Below are positions 30,667-39,937 of a stretch of 47,659 nt of DNA, piece after piece. A model generated the notes under the pieces. It saw only the letters and a list, made by a program, of their open reading frames with translations, ran no database searches and was not told the DNA's origin. Each line of letters starts with the position of its first letter. Position 1 is the first letter of the stretch. A program made the translations under genes and the position numbers. The stretch comes from a virus (taxonomy: Duplodnaviria; Caudoviricetes): the IMG/VR virus record IMGVR_UViG_3300026258_000006, positions 1 to 47,659 of that record, one strand, 5' to 3'.

Positions 30667-32415
30667 TTATCCATCACATGACAAACAATCCGGATTCATT
30701 GCATTAGCCGCAATATCACCCCTTAATACTGATTCGGTTCTCATATAATAAAGGGTTTTAATTCCGTGTTTCCATGCCTCTATATGTATTTGGTTTATCC
30801 ATCGCGGTGGGGCTTCTGATGGAAACGCTAAATTTAAACTAACCGATTGGTCAATATAATCTTGTCTTATGCCAGCTTGATTAACTAACTCCAATTGATT
30901 AATTTCTTTAAACGTTTTAAATACATTCTTCACGGGCTCGCCGTTTCCATGATCTTGGGTTAACTTCCCTTTCTCAAAAAACCACCCATCAAGCTCTTTA
31001 ATATCTTGAACTGATCCCCCATCTTTTAAAATTTTATCCCAAATTTTAGGGGTGTCTATTTTAAGTCTCCTTAAAACTTTTTGTAATTCTTTATTTTTTC
31101 TTATAAAAGTTCCTTTAGCTGTTTGCTCAGTAAATACATTTGCAGCCCAAGGTTCAATTCCTGGAGATATATTTCCGCTTAATTTACTATTTGATACGGT
31201 TGGCGCTATCGCTCTTAAATGTGTATTTCGCATTCCAGTACCCACACACCATAAAGGTTCACCATATGTGTCCGCAAGAGCTCTAGAGGCGCGCTCGGTT
31301 TCTATTTTAAACTTAGAAAATATTTCTCTAGTTTTAAATTGAGCTAAAAGCCCTTCAAAAGCAATTCCGTTCTTTTGTAATAAAGTATGCCACCCTACAA
31401 CGCCTAATCCTAACGCTCTTCCTTTTTCAGCTGATCTTACAGAATTTTCAAACCCAACTCTTCCTTTGGCTTTATGTATAAATTCAGATAATACTCCATC
31501 TAAAAACCAAATAGAATCATAAACAAGATTAGTATTTTTCCATTCATCATATTTATCCAGATTAACTGAAGATAAGCAGCAAACAAAACTATGTGTTTCA
31601 TCTGTATGTAAAACTATTTCACTACAGATATTTGTCATATGTACTTTTAGGCTGTTCGACTTATAAGCTTTTGGATTAGCCTTGTTTGTATTTCCTTTAA
31701 AGAGGATATACGGCTCTCCAGTAGCTTTACGCTTTTGGAGGAGTTTTCCCCATTTTTTCCTTGCTTCGGGATCTCCTGCTTCAAGTTTTCGCATAAACTT
31801 GTCACCAACGACAGCACACTGATGTAAGTTAAGAGATTGTCTATTGACGTCCCCTTTAGGTTCTCTGATTTCCAACCATTCATCGAAATCAGGGTGCTCG
31901 ATGTTGATATTAACGGATGCAGCCCCTCTACGTACTGATCCTTGATTGGTTGCGAGTATAGTTGAGTCATAGATCTTGCAAAACGGTACAACTCCATCTG
32001 ATGTTCCATTACCTGTAATTTTAGCTCCGGCAGGACGAATCATATTAACTCCGATACCTACTCCCCCACCGTGTTTAGCAAGTAACATCATTTCTAAATT
32101 TTTATTACCTATATCCATAATACTATCTTCAACATCAATTCCAAAGCAACTTATAGGTAATCCTCTATCTGATCCAGTATTAGAAAGAACTGGAGATGCT
32201 AAACATAGCCACCCTTTCCATATATAATCAAAAAACTTTTGTTCTAATTCTGGTTTATATAATCTACGAGCTACTGCTTTAGCAACTCTTTGATAAGCTT
32301 CTTTTGGGGATTCACCATTTATTAAATATCCTCCAGAAATAGTTTTTTTATAAACATCATTATCTCCCCAAGTAGGATAATCAATACCGCGTTTCCAATT
32401 ACTGTTCCAGCTCAT
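30667..32415 (-). CDS. nrdA: ribonucleotide reductase class I alpha subunit (no ATP cone)
   Basis: LPISCF, GGGVG, TNICSE catalytic motif, AIAPTVS, DQSVSLN, KTLYY and C-terminal CLSCDG. Confidence 0.95.
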   Translation of the reverse strand: MSWNSNWKRGIDYPTWGDNDVYKKTISGGYLINGESPKEAYQRVAKAVARRLYKPELEQKFFDYIWKGWLCLASPVLSNTGSDRGLPISCFGIDVEDSIMDIGNKNLEMMLLAKHGGGVGIGVNMIRPAGAKITGNGTSDGVVPFCKIYDSTILATNQGSVRRGAASVNINIEHPDFDEWLEIREPKGDVNRQSLNLHQCAVVGDKFMRKLEAGDPEARKKWGKLLQKRKATGEPYILFKGNTNKANPKAYKSNSLKVHMTNICSEIVLHTDETHSFVCCLSSVNLDKYDEWKNTNLVYDSIWFLDGVLSEFIHKAKGRVGFENSVRSAEKGRALGLGVVGWHTLLQKNGIAFEGLLAQFKTREIFSKFKIETERASRALADTYGEPLWCVGTGMRNTHLRAIAPTVSNSKLSGNISPGIEPWAANVFTEQTAKGTFIRKNKELQKVLRRLKIDTPKIWDKILKDGGSVQDIKELDGWFFEKGKLTQDHGNGEPVKNVFKTFKEINQLELVNQAGIRQDYIDQSVSLNLAFPSEAPPRWINQIHIEAWKHGIKTLYYMRTESVLRGDIAANAMNPDCLSCDG

Positions 32416-32530
32416 TCTTTTCTTTTTTTAAAAATTCTTCTAAATGTTTTTCCCAATGCATTCTGTATTCAAACCCGTGTGAAAATGTTGCATCACATTG
32501 GCTGCATTTTATTGTATGTTTATTTACCAT
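32399..32530 (-). CDS. 43-aa C2H2 zinc-finger microprotein (not in ORF track)
   Basis: Hand translation MVNKHTIKCSQCDATFSHGFEYRMHWEKHLEEFLKKEKNELEQ; fills the gap and overlaps both neighbouring genes. Confidence 0.75.
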   Translation of the reverse strand: MVNKHTIKCSQCDATFSHGFEYRMHWEKHLEEFLKKEKNELEQ

Positions 32531-32874
32531 ATAAGATATATTAAATAACCAACAGTAACATTAATATTGATAGCTACTAAATTCCATTGCTTAGCAACCC
32601 AAACTTGAGGTATACATACAATACCTCCAATAATATATGTAATAGCTCCTATATTTCCATAAGATAATAAATATGGGCTGATCATTATGAAAGCAGTTCC
32701 AAAATACCCAAGTCTATTAGCTAATCTTTCTTTAGCTGATAATCTTCTATCTTGAATTAATAATCTGAAGAAACTAGTTTTCCATCTAAATTCACATCTT
32801 TTACAAGTTTTTTTGCCTGCATGTTTAAATTTAGAATCTTTTTTTTTCTTTTTACATATATTACAAGTTCTCAT
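32524..32874 (-). CDS. Zn-ribbon plus 3-TM membrane protein
   Basis: CNIC...CKRC followed by three hydrophobic helices containing IPQVW. Confidence 0.65.
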   Translation of the reverse strand: MRTCNICKKKKKDSKFKHAGKKTCKRCEFRWKTSFFRLLIQDRRLSAKERLANRLGYFGTAFIMISPYLLSYGNIGAITYIIGGIVCIPQVWVAKQWNLVAININVTVGYLIYLIW

Positions 32875-33029
32875 AACCTAATACATTCAATTAAATATGT
32901 ACATTCCTGTTGGGTTGAAGATATATTCTTACAAGCCTTACCTACATATTCACAGTTAATACCGTCTTCTTTATAACAACTTATTAACAATAATAGACTA
33001 CCAGATATCTTCAAAATCTTCGCCTTCAT
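32871..33029 (-). CDS. small Cys-rich putative lipoprotein
   Basis: MKAKILKISGSLLLLISC lipobox-like signal plus four further Cys; the start is internal to listed ORF 32871..33218. Confidence 0.5.
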   Translation of the reverse strand: MKAKILKISGSLLLLISCYKEDGINCEYVGKACKNISSTQQECTYLIECIRL

Positions 33030-33966
33030 TCGCTTTAGAATAATCGGTTGGTCGAACAGCAAAGAAATCAGTGTGAGTAAGACCACCAGTAAGATGATAA
33101 AACCAATCGAGATTGGAGGCGGCTGCTCTATCAAATTTAAAGTACTCCCGTTTGTCCCTGTAACCGAGCTCCACGAGCTTCTCATTAAGTCGTTTTGAAA
33201 TAAATTGTTTAAGATCATAAGCTTTTAAATTTTCTATATCACCTAATTCAAACATTTTATCAATATAATTATGTTCTGCTTTTAGCATTATTTCTGCAGC
33301 TTTAATTATATCTTTTTCACATTTAGCTTTTAATGATTTGTCTTCTTGGCACATATGCCTAAAAAGCTGACAACCCATTTTAGAATGAAGAGATTCGTCT
33401 CTTACGCTCCATTTCATTTGTTGCCCTATACCTTTTAAAAGGTTTCTCATTTGAAAGCTATAAAGAATAGCAAAGGCAGAATATAAACTAACCCCTTCAG
33501 CAAATGCTGAAAAGATGGCCAAACTTCTACCAATTCCTGTGGTGTTATTTCCATCATAACTAACTAAATTTTCAAAGCGCTTCATAGTAGCCTTGTCTTG
33601 AAGAAACGCTTCAAAATCTTCTAAGCCAAGTGTTTCATTTAAATAAGAATAAGCAACTGCATGAATGGTTTCTTGAGAACCAAACATCATCGCCATTTGT
33701 TGGATTTCATGCTTAGGAAACCACGATACAACTTTTTGCGTCCAATAATCAGATACCGCACACTCCGTTTGTGCAAATCCCAAAAGTATATTTCCAACCA
33801 AGTTCTTCTCTGCTTCGGTAAGTTTTTCATTCCAATCTTTGACGTCACCTGACATCGGAATCTCTGTATGAAGCCAAAAAGCTTGCGCCTGCTTAAGCCA
33901 ACCTTCTGTGTAATACTCAGGATACTCGAAGGGTTTGTAAGGTATCCTTTCATCAAATAATCCCAT
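32998..33966 (-). CDS. nrdB: ribonucleotide reductase class I beta subunit
   Basis: FWLHTEI, ETIHAVAY, AEGVSLYSAF, RDESLH and DFFAVRPTDY diiron/radical motifs. Confidence 0.95.
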   Translation of the reverse strand: MGLFDERIPYKPFEYPEYYTEGWLKQAQAFWLHTEIPMSGDVKDWNEKLTEAEKNLVGNILLGFAQTECAVSDYWTQKVVSWFPKHEIQQMAMMFGSQETIHAVAYSYLNETLGLEDFEAFLQDKATMKRFENLVSYDGNNTTGIGRSLAIFSAFAEGVSLYSAFAILYSFQMRNLLKGIGQQMKWSVRDESLHSKMGCQLFRHMCQEDKSLKAKCEKDIIKAAEIMLKAEHNYIDKMFELGDIENLKAYDLKQFISKRLNEKLVELGYRDKREYFKFDRAAASNLDWFYHLTGGLTHTDFFAVRPTDYSKANEGEDFEDIW

Positions 33967-33972
33967 ACTATT

Positions 33973-34191
33973 TTATTGTTCATTTTGTTTTTTGGATTTT
34001 TCTTCTTTTTTAGTAGTTAAATCCTTTTTTAATTTTTTTAATGCTTTTTCATAATCTGGTAAGCATTTCATTAATTCCATAGTTCCTATTGATAAATCTT
34101 TAAGATTAGTTAGCTCTTGGATTATCCTATTTAAAGCGGACCCCATAGATTCAATCTTGTTAGACATTTCAATTAATTTAGACTCTTTCAT
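33973..34191 (-). CDS. hypothetical protein
   Basis: 72-aa ORF in a tightly packed operon. Confidence 0.6.
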   Translation of the reverse strand: MKESKLIEMSNKIESMGSALNRIIQELTNLKDLSIGTMELMKCLPDYEKALKKLKKDLTTKKEEKSKKQNEQ

Positions 34192-34399
34192 TTAATATAT
34201 TTTTATTTAATATAATAGGGCTTGCGTCTTTATGATTTTTTACTTCTATATGAGTATTTTTAATAGATATAATAGGTTCTAAATCTAAATATTGTCTTTT
34301 AGTTATTTGCCCTTTAGCATCTCTAATAACTATTTTTTTAGTAAATAGTTTTTTATAGTTTTTTAAAACATATTCTTTTATTTTTTCCTCTTGTTCCAT
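34178..34399 (-). CDS. hypothetical protein
   Basis: 73-aa ORF in a tightly packed operon. Confidence 0.6.
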   Translation of the reverse strand: MEQEEKIKEYVLKNYKKLFTKKIVIRDAKGQITKRQYLDLEPIISIKNTHIEVKNHKDASPIILNKNILNERV

Positions 34400-34400
34400 T

Positions 34401-34550
34401 TTATTTGTAATAAATAGTTAAACATAATTCTACAAAAGGAATATATAAAACATGCTCCACAAATTCTTTCTCTGGGTAGCTTCTAATTCCTAAAAGTATT
34501 CCAGGATATAATGATACGCTAAGTTCCCACCCGGTTATTTTGTTGTTCAT
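34401..34550 (-). CDS. 49-aa hypothetical protein (not in ORF track)
   Basis: Hand translation MNNKITGWELSVSLYPGILLGIRSYPEKEFVEHVLYIPFVELCLTIYYK; fills the gap. Confidence 0.6.
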   Translation of the reverse strand: MNNKITGWELSVSLYPGILLGIRSYPEKEFVEHVLYIPFVELCLTIYYK

Positions 34551-34716
34551 CTAAGTAATATTTTAGCATTCTCATATGATGAGAAATTCTTTCTCTGTAA
34601 TGTTCAGGTAACGTAAATTCCGTGTTTTCTATGAATTCCGACAATTTCTTTATATTTTATAATCTTATTATTAATTAATTTTTTGATATCTTTTTCTAAT
34701 AATCTTTTAGCATACA

Positions 34717-35190
34717 TTATCCTCGCTTCTTTTTTCTGCCTTCTTTGATCAATATCATTGTCTGATCCACTTCCTTTTGGTTTTGCGGCTTGTAAAGCGT
34801 CTTTCCAATCTTGTTGTTTGTGAGCCATAATTTAAATAATTTCCATCTTATAGGGAAAGACTCATTAGCCCTTCCTTTACATTCTATTATATAATCTTTT
34901 CCAACAAAGTCAGGCGTATATTTAATTCCCAAAATTTTCTTTTCCCCTCGGTTAATATATTCACCTTTTCCATTTGCTTGTTTTTCAAAAGAAATATTTC
35001 TAAAATTAAAACTTTCGACCAAATGGAAAACTTCATTTTCATATCCTTCAAATAATTTATTTTCTTTTAAAGCTAAATAAGTATATTTTTCTAGCCCTGA
35101 TGCAAATGTTATTTTATCGCAAATTATTTTTTTTGATTGTACAGGACCTCTTTTTTTATACTTGCGTCTCATGAGTGGTCTTGTGTCCAC
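34717..35190 (-). CDS. T7 endonuclease I-like Holliday junction resolvase
   Basis: FASGLE, YTPDFV and IIECKG PD-(D/E)xK motifs. Confidence 0.8.
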   Translation of the reverse strand: MDTRPLMRRKYKKRGPVQSKKIICDKITFASGLEKYTYLALKENKLFEGYENEVFHLVESFNFRNISFEKQANGKGEYINRGEKKILGIKYTPDFVGKDYIIECKGRANESFPIRWKLFKLWLTNNKIGKTLYKPQNQKEVDQTMILIKEGRKKKRG

Positions 35191-35456
35191 ATTTCTGGTT
35201 CAGAATAAGTGCTTAAACGATCATCATCTTTATAATCTTTATAAATCTTTTCTTCTAAAGCGTCAGTGGTTTCCATTTTTAATTTTTCAATATAATTAAT
35301 AGCATCCATTAATTCTTCTTGAATATGATTTAACCATTTGTGTAAATTAGGTTCATCATCATGAAGCGTAACTCCATATTTTTTGTAGCCTGTATTGCTT
35401 CTTTCTACAAATTTATCTACAACTTTTTTTATAATCGGATCTCTAAATTTACTCAT
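35169..35456 (-). CDS. phage protein, possible all-alpha NTP pyrophosphatase-like
   Basis: GYKKYGVTL...WLNHIQEELMDAINYIEK; start reassigned to MSKFRD. Confidence 0.5.
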   Translation of the reverse strand: MSKFRDPIIKKVVDKFVERSNTGYKKYGVTLHDDEPNLHKWLNHIQEELMDAINYIEKLKMETTDALEEKIYKDYKDDDRLSTYSEPEMWTQDHS

Positions 35457-36240
35457 CTTTAACAAATGTTCCATTAATCATTTTACCTGTTCTGTTTGAT
35501 ATTTCCTGATATGCTTGATTTATACAGTCTTCAATCATAACATTTTCCAAAGAAGCTAAATTAGTTAAAACTACTATCATATCACCTATAGCATCTTTTA
35601 TTTCTTTTTTATCATTTTTTAATAAAGCTTGAGCTAACTCTCCAGCTTCTTCTATAAGCTTAATATATTGTGTTTTACTATCTCCATTTTGTATAATGCC
35701 TTTATCATGCCCCCACTGTCTAATATCTTTAAAACTTGTATGTTCTTTACCATGAATATCATCATATTTTTCAAATGGCCCAGCTTCTGCCATAGCTTTG
35801 TTATAAATATAGCATGTAGACGGTCCGTATTGGCTAGTATGTACATTATCCAATACCCAATCTATTTTATCTTGAGCATCTAATACAAAAGTTCCTCTTG
35901 TTGTTTTAATTACAAGGTCAGCCAAAAAGTTAGCATCTATATCTTTAATAGGGGTTTTAAATGTTGTAGTAGCTTCTGAAGACGAATGTGTTCTCATATA
36001 TTTTGATTTAAATAATTCTTTATAAGGTTTTAAATCCACTTTATAACCTAAGTCTTGCTGTAATGTTCTTTCAGCATTAGATGCTTCTTTAATATCATCT
36101 GTTTCAAATAATATTTCATATTCACCAGGTTTATACCCTTGCTCTTGTTGCACCCGTTTTTTTACATTAGTAGTGCACCCGATTTTTTTACCGGGTATAT
36201 GGTAAACTTTATATTTACCGTTTGTTAAGGTTGGTCTCAT
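35449..36240 (-). CDS. GIY-YIG-like domain fused to MazG-like nucleotide pyrophosphohydrolase
   Basis: N-terminal KVYHIPGKKIGCTTNVKKRV; C-terminal KLIEEAGELAQA...EIKDAIGDMIVVL. Confidence 0.75.
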   Translation of the reverse strand: MRPTLTNGKYKVYHIPGKKIGCTTNVKKRVQQEQGYKPGEYEILFETDDIKEASNAERTLQQDLGYKVDLKPYKELFKSKYMRTHSSSEATTTFKTPIKDIDANFLADLVIKTTRGTFVLDAQDKIDWVLDNVHTSQYGPSTCYIYNKAMAEAGPFEKYDDIHGKEHTSFKDIRQWGHDKGIIQNGDSKTQYIKLIEEAGELAQALLKNDKKEIKDAIGDMIVVLTNLASLENVMIEDCINQAYQEISNRTGKMINGTFVKDE

Positions 36241-36243
36241 TGC

Positions 36244-36609
36244 TTAATTTTTATATAAATCTACTTTATAATATCTACCGTCTTTTCCTCTAACAATAGC
36301 TTCTCCAATTTTTTCTTCTAAGAAATTATATTTTACTCTTGGCTTGTAGTCACTTTTATAGGAAGATTCTATTATAGCATTATTATCAGAAATAGATTCA
36401 AATGAATCAGTTATTCTTCCATATCGAGGTGTATCATATATATTATATTTTTTTTGAGCTATTATAACTCCATCTTGAACACGATTATTATATATATCTG
36501 GCTTTAAATTTAAATGTTGGCCTGAATATTCTAATGTATAAAAATCATAATTGTATTGAGCATTCACAAAGGATGTTATCAAAAATAATATTAGTGTTAT
36601 TGTTCTCAT
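36244..36609 (-). CDS. exported hypothetical protein
   Basis: Signal peptide MRTITLILFLITSFVNAQ. Confidence 0.6.
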   Translation of the reverse strand: MRTITLILFLITSFVNAQYNYDFYTLEYSGQHLNLKPDIYNNRVQDGVIIAQKKYNIYDTPRYGRITDSFESISDNNAIIESSYKSDYKPRVKYNFLEEKIGEAIVRGKDGRYYKVDLYKN

Positions 36610-36620
36610 AATTGTTAAAT

Positions 36621-37442
36621 TTAAGTTCCTACTGATAATTCAGCTTTTATAGTTGGGTGTGGATCATAATTATTTATATTTACATCTTTATGTTTAGGTA
36701 TAATTACTTTATCATATTTTAAAGTTATCCCTTTATTTAACGTAAGAGATGGTAATTTTTTTATAGATCGTGATAATTGCAATGTAGCTTGTTCTAAATG
36801 ATTGTTATATAAATGGCAATCTCCTAAATTACCAATCAATTGGCCTGCTTTTAAATTAGTGCCTTTAGCTAACATTTCTAATAACAATCCATACATAGCA
36901 ATGTCATAAGGAAGCCCTAAAAAAATATCCGCAGATCTTTGTTGCCACATTAAATCCATTCTATTCCCTCTGATATATATTTGAAAGCCGTAGTGGCAAG
37001 GAGGAAGTACCATATCAGACAAATCACTTGGGTTCCAAGCATTAACCAATAATCGACGTGAGGTTGGGTTTTCCTTGACATTTCTAAGTAAGATATGCAA
37101 TTGATCAACACCACCAGAATTCCTCCACTGATGACCGTAAACAGGGCCCAAAGATAAATCGGTTCGAGAAGATCTGTTATAATCTGCATCCCAATACCTA
37201 ACCCCGTGATTATGCAAATACTTAAGGTCGGTCCTACCGCTAAGTATCCAAATAAGTTCCGTAATCGCATGATTAAAGTATATTTTTTTAGTTGTTAAAA
37301 GGGGAAACCCTAGAGCCATATCATGTCTTATCGTTCTTCCAAACACTGCCGTTGTACCGGTACCTGTTCTATCATCAGCTTTTACGCCACAATGCAACAC
37401 TCCTGACATTAACCCTAGATATTCCTCTTCTATATTAATCAT
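36621..37442 (-). CDS. thyA: thymidylate synthase
   Basis: DRTGTGT, FPLLTTKK, LGPVYGHQWR, LPPCH, QRSADIFLGLPYD and GDCHLYNNH motifs. Confidence 0.95.
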   Translation of the reverse strand: MINIEEEYLGLMSGVLHCGVKADDRTGTGTTAVFGRTIRHDMALGFPLLTTKKIYFNHAITELIWILSGRTDLKYLHNHGVRYWDADYNRSSRTDLSLGPVYGHQWRNSGGVDQLHILLRNVKENPTSRRLLVNAWNPSDLSDMVLPPCHYGFQIYIRGNRMDLMWQQRSADIFLGLPYDIAMYGLLLEMLAKGTNLKAGQLIGNLGDCHLYNNHLEQATLQLSRSIKKLPSLTLNKGITLKYDKVIIPKHKDVNINNYDPHPTIKAELSVGT

Positions 37443-37737
37443 TATTTTTTCTTTTATCGTAATAATATTTTTTCATTCTTTCCATTTCCTGATATATATT
37501 ATCAACTGTATAAACATTAGGAGATACATAAGGTTTTTCTCCTCTTTTATATGGCCCTAAGCATATACCGATTCTCCATTCCTCAGGATACAGTCCTCTA
37601 GTTGTTGGAATAGGAAATATTCTTACATTATTATCTACACAATAAGAATTCCATTTATTATAATCTTTATGCGGAGACCATTCGCTAGTTGTAAGACCTC
37701 TATAGCCTTTCTTTTTTTTAGAATATAGTGATTTCAT
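37435..37737 (-). CDS. hypothetical protein
   Basis: 100-aa ORF in the operon. Confidence 0.6.
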   Translation of the reverse strand: MKSLYSKKKKGYRGLTTSEWSPHKDYNKWNSYCVDNNVRIFPIPTTRGLYPEEWRIGICLGPYKRGEKPYVSPNVYTVDNIYQEMERMKKYYYDKRKNND

Positions 37738-37738
37738 A

Positions 37739-39445
37739 TTATGCTTCCCAAGGCATTATCTCTTCTGTTATATCTTGTAATGGTAAATAATTACCGCTTA
37801 TTTTATCCCATTTAAAATGAGCTTCTGCTTGATTTTCTCCTAAATTTTGGAATTTAACTTTAAGCACTTTAACTTTTACGGTTCCTTTAGTGTAATCTCT
37901 ATGCACTAATAATCCATGATAAGATGCGTCATACCACTCTCCTCCCCCTTTTATATTATACATATTAGGCTCGTCTAATGTGCCGTCTTCTTTTTTATAC
38001 ATCTTAGTGGGGTGAGCTACAACTATAACTAGTACATCGTGTTTTTTAGCAAAAGCTTCAATTCGTGTTAAATATTCCATAGTTGCATCAGGTATACTCA
38101 TCTTTTCTGCACCTTTCATTTTAACTTTATTATAAGGATCAATAACTAAACATTTAATACCTTTTCTTTTAACTAATTCTGCTCCTTTATTTAAAACTGA
38201 ATCTAAATCATATCTTTCATTTTCAATGAAATAAAAATTATCATTAACAAGAGTTGTTACTTCATTCCACTTATTTGTATTAATGTCTACTTTTGAAGGC
38301 ATCCAATTACCTATTTTCCTCATCAGTTTATGAGCATGTAGAAATGTTGGTTTGTTTTCAGGAGAAGCAAATGCTGTTTTCCATCCATACTTTAAGTTGT
38401 ATCCCACCACCATTCTATCAACAAAATCAGACTTCCCACTGCTAGGAACTCCTGTAACGGTGATGAATTGTCCCGTATAAGTAGAGAATATGCTATCAAA
38501 GTTATCAAGGCCGACTTGATAACCCGGTTTAAAACCTTCTTGAATAAATTCTTGTAATTCATCATTTATATCATTTAGTGTTACAACATTTTCCAAAGGG
38601 ACAGGAACAGCTTGATCAGCAAGACGCTTAAGCATGCTAGGGCCGTAGCTAAGCAAATATTCGTTAGCATCCTTGTTATTACTAAAACTAAGTGTGTAAC
38701 AAACTTCCGCTCCAAACCGTCTGATGAGTTCCTGTTGTAAATTTTGTCCGGCTTCATCTCCATCAACTGCGATAATGATTTTGGACTTATCTTCGAAATA
38801 TTCAATGCAATTATCGAGGTAATCAAGGTTAAGCCTATTAAGAGTAGCTCCGTTTGGTACACTAACCACAGAGGCAACTCCTGCTTCAATAAAGGAGAGG
38901 GCGTCAATTTCGCCTTCGACAATAACCACACTATCGTGCCCCACGGTACTATCAAGATTATAGAATACTTTCTCTGCGCCCTTAACCAGTTTAAAATTTT
39001 TCCTTCCATCTCTATATTTTATGTTAATTAATTCATTGTTTATAAAATAATTGAATTGGATTGTATTTTCTATTTTATTTGTTTGAGGCATCCATTCTTG
39101 ACTTTCAGTTATTTTAGCTTTAACTAAAGTCTTTTGAGATATACCTCGTTTTTCGAACCATTTAACTGCTTTATCACTAAGCAATATATTGTTTTTCCAT
39201 TCGGGTTTAATATATTCTTTATCTGTATTACCCTTTCTTTTAAATGTATGCAATTGAAATACTTCATCGCAATTCATACATGTGCCGAGACCCCGTTCCC
39301 AATCGTACATAGCACATTTAGCTTTACGATTTTCAGGTTTGCGGTTGTGAGAGCAAAGAGGGCATACACCCTCTTTTTTCCCTACTTCCAAATCATACTG
39401 ATTGAACTGATCAATAATAAAACCGTTGATCTCTGTTGTATTCAT
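37739..39445 (-). CDS. primase-helicase (T7 gp4/Twinkle-like)
   Basis: Zn finger CPLC...CMNC, TOPRIM IVEGEIDALS/AVDGDEAG/KDANEYL, Walker A GVPSSGKS, LVIDPYN. Confidence 0.92.
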   Translation of the reverse strand: MNTTEINGFIIDQFNQYDLEVGKKEGVCPLCSHNRKPENRKAKCAMYDWERGLGTCMNCDEVFQLHTFKRKGNTDKEYIKPEWKNNILLSDKAVKWFEKRGISQKTLVKAKITESQEWMPQTNKIENTIQFNYFINNELINIKYRDGRKNFKLVKGAEKVFYNLDSTVGHDSVVIVEGEIDALSFIEAGVASVVSVPNGATLNRLNLDYLDNCIEYFEDKSKIIIAVDGDEAGQNLQQELIRRFGAEVCYTLSFSNNKDANEYLLSYGPSMLKRLADQAVPVPLENVVTLNDINDELQEFIQEGFKPGYQVGLDNFDSIFSTYTGQFITVTGVPSSGKSDFVDRMVVGYNLKYGWKTAFASPENKPTFLHAHKLMRKIGNWMPSKVDINTNKWNEVTTLVNDNFYFIENERYDLDSVLNKGAELVKRKGIKCLVIDPYNKVKMKGAEKMSIPDATMEYLTRIEAFAKKHDVLVIVVAHPTKMYKKEDGTLDEPNMYNIKGGGEWYDASYHGLLVHRDYTKGTVKVKVLKVKFQNLGENQAEAHFKWDKISGNYLPLQDITEEIMPWEA

Positions 39446-39448
39446 ATA

Positions 39449-39754
39449 TTAAAATGGTAAATCTGGTTCTGTTGGTGATACTGTTGGTGTTTCTGCTATA
39501 TTTTCTCTAGCAGCTACAGCCACATTTTGGCCATCAGTCCAAACAATTTTAACATTGCCTAAAAAAGTTTTCGGTTGCTTAGCATCTCTTTCTTCTTTAG
39601 TTTGTTCTGTTTGGATATATCCTGAGTCACCATATTGACCCAGTTCGTTGTTTAATACGACAGTAACAGGATAATATTTACCCTTTTTGCCTTCAAATAT
39701 TTTAGCTTTATCAATTTTATCTAAATTAATAGAGCCTGCTATAATACTTGCCAT
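39449..39754 (-). CDS. probable single-stranded DNA-binding protein
   Basis: GKKGKYY beta segment and C-terminal PDLPF tail; next to the primase gene. Confidence 0.65.
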   Translation of the reverse strand: MASIIAGSINLDKIDKAKIFEGKKGKYYPVTVVLNNELGQYGDSGYIQTEQTKEERDAKQPKTFLGNVKIVWTDGQNVAVAARENIAETPTVSPTEPDLPF

Positions 39755-39921
39755 TAGTATGAGGCTACTGCATTAAACATTCTACGCATTTGTGCTTTAG
39801 TAGCACCTGTAACTCTTCTTAAATTATCAACCGCTTTTACATGAGATTGATTAGTATAGAAGTTTCCTGTGCTTGTAGTTACTCCTGTAACATCACAGGT
39901 TCTTTTTTTAATTCTTGCCAT
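39754..39921 (-). CDS. hypothetical protein
   Basis: 55-aa ORF, start reassigned to MARIKK; TAATG coupling to SSB. Confidence 0.55.
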   Translation of the reverse strand: MARIKKRTCDVTGVTTSTGNFYTNQSHVKAVDNLRRVTGATKAQMRRMFNAVASY

Positions 39922-39937
39922 AATAATTAAATTTAAA

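Noticed and set aside
30342-30707. 121-aa plus-strand ORF and other short antisense ORFs in the track
   Set aside because: They are shadows of real genes on the opposite strand; this one also runs through the terminator.
30667-33966. Introns or inteins in nrdA/nrdB (also terL and the primase gene)
   Set aside because: The ORFs are continuous, of compact length, and show no intein or homing-endonuclease motifs.
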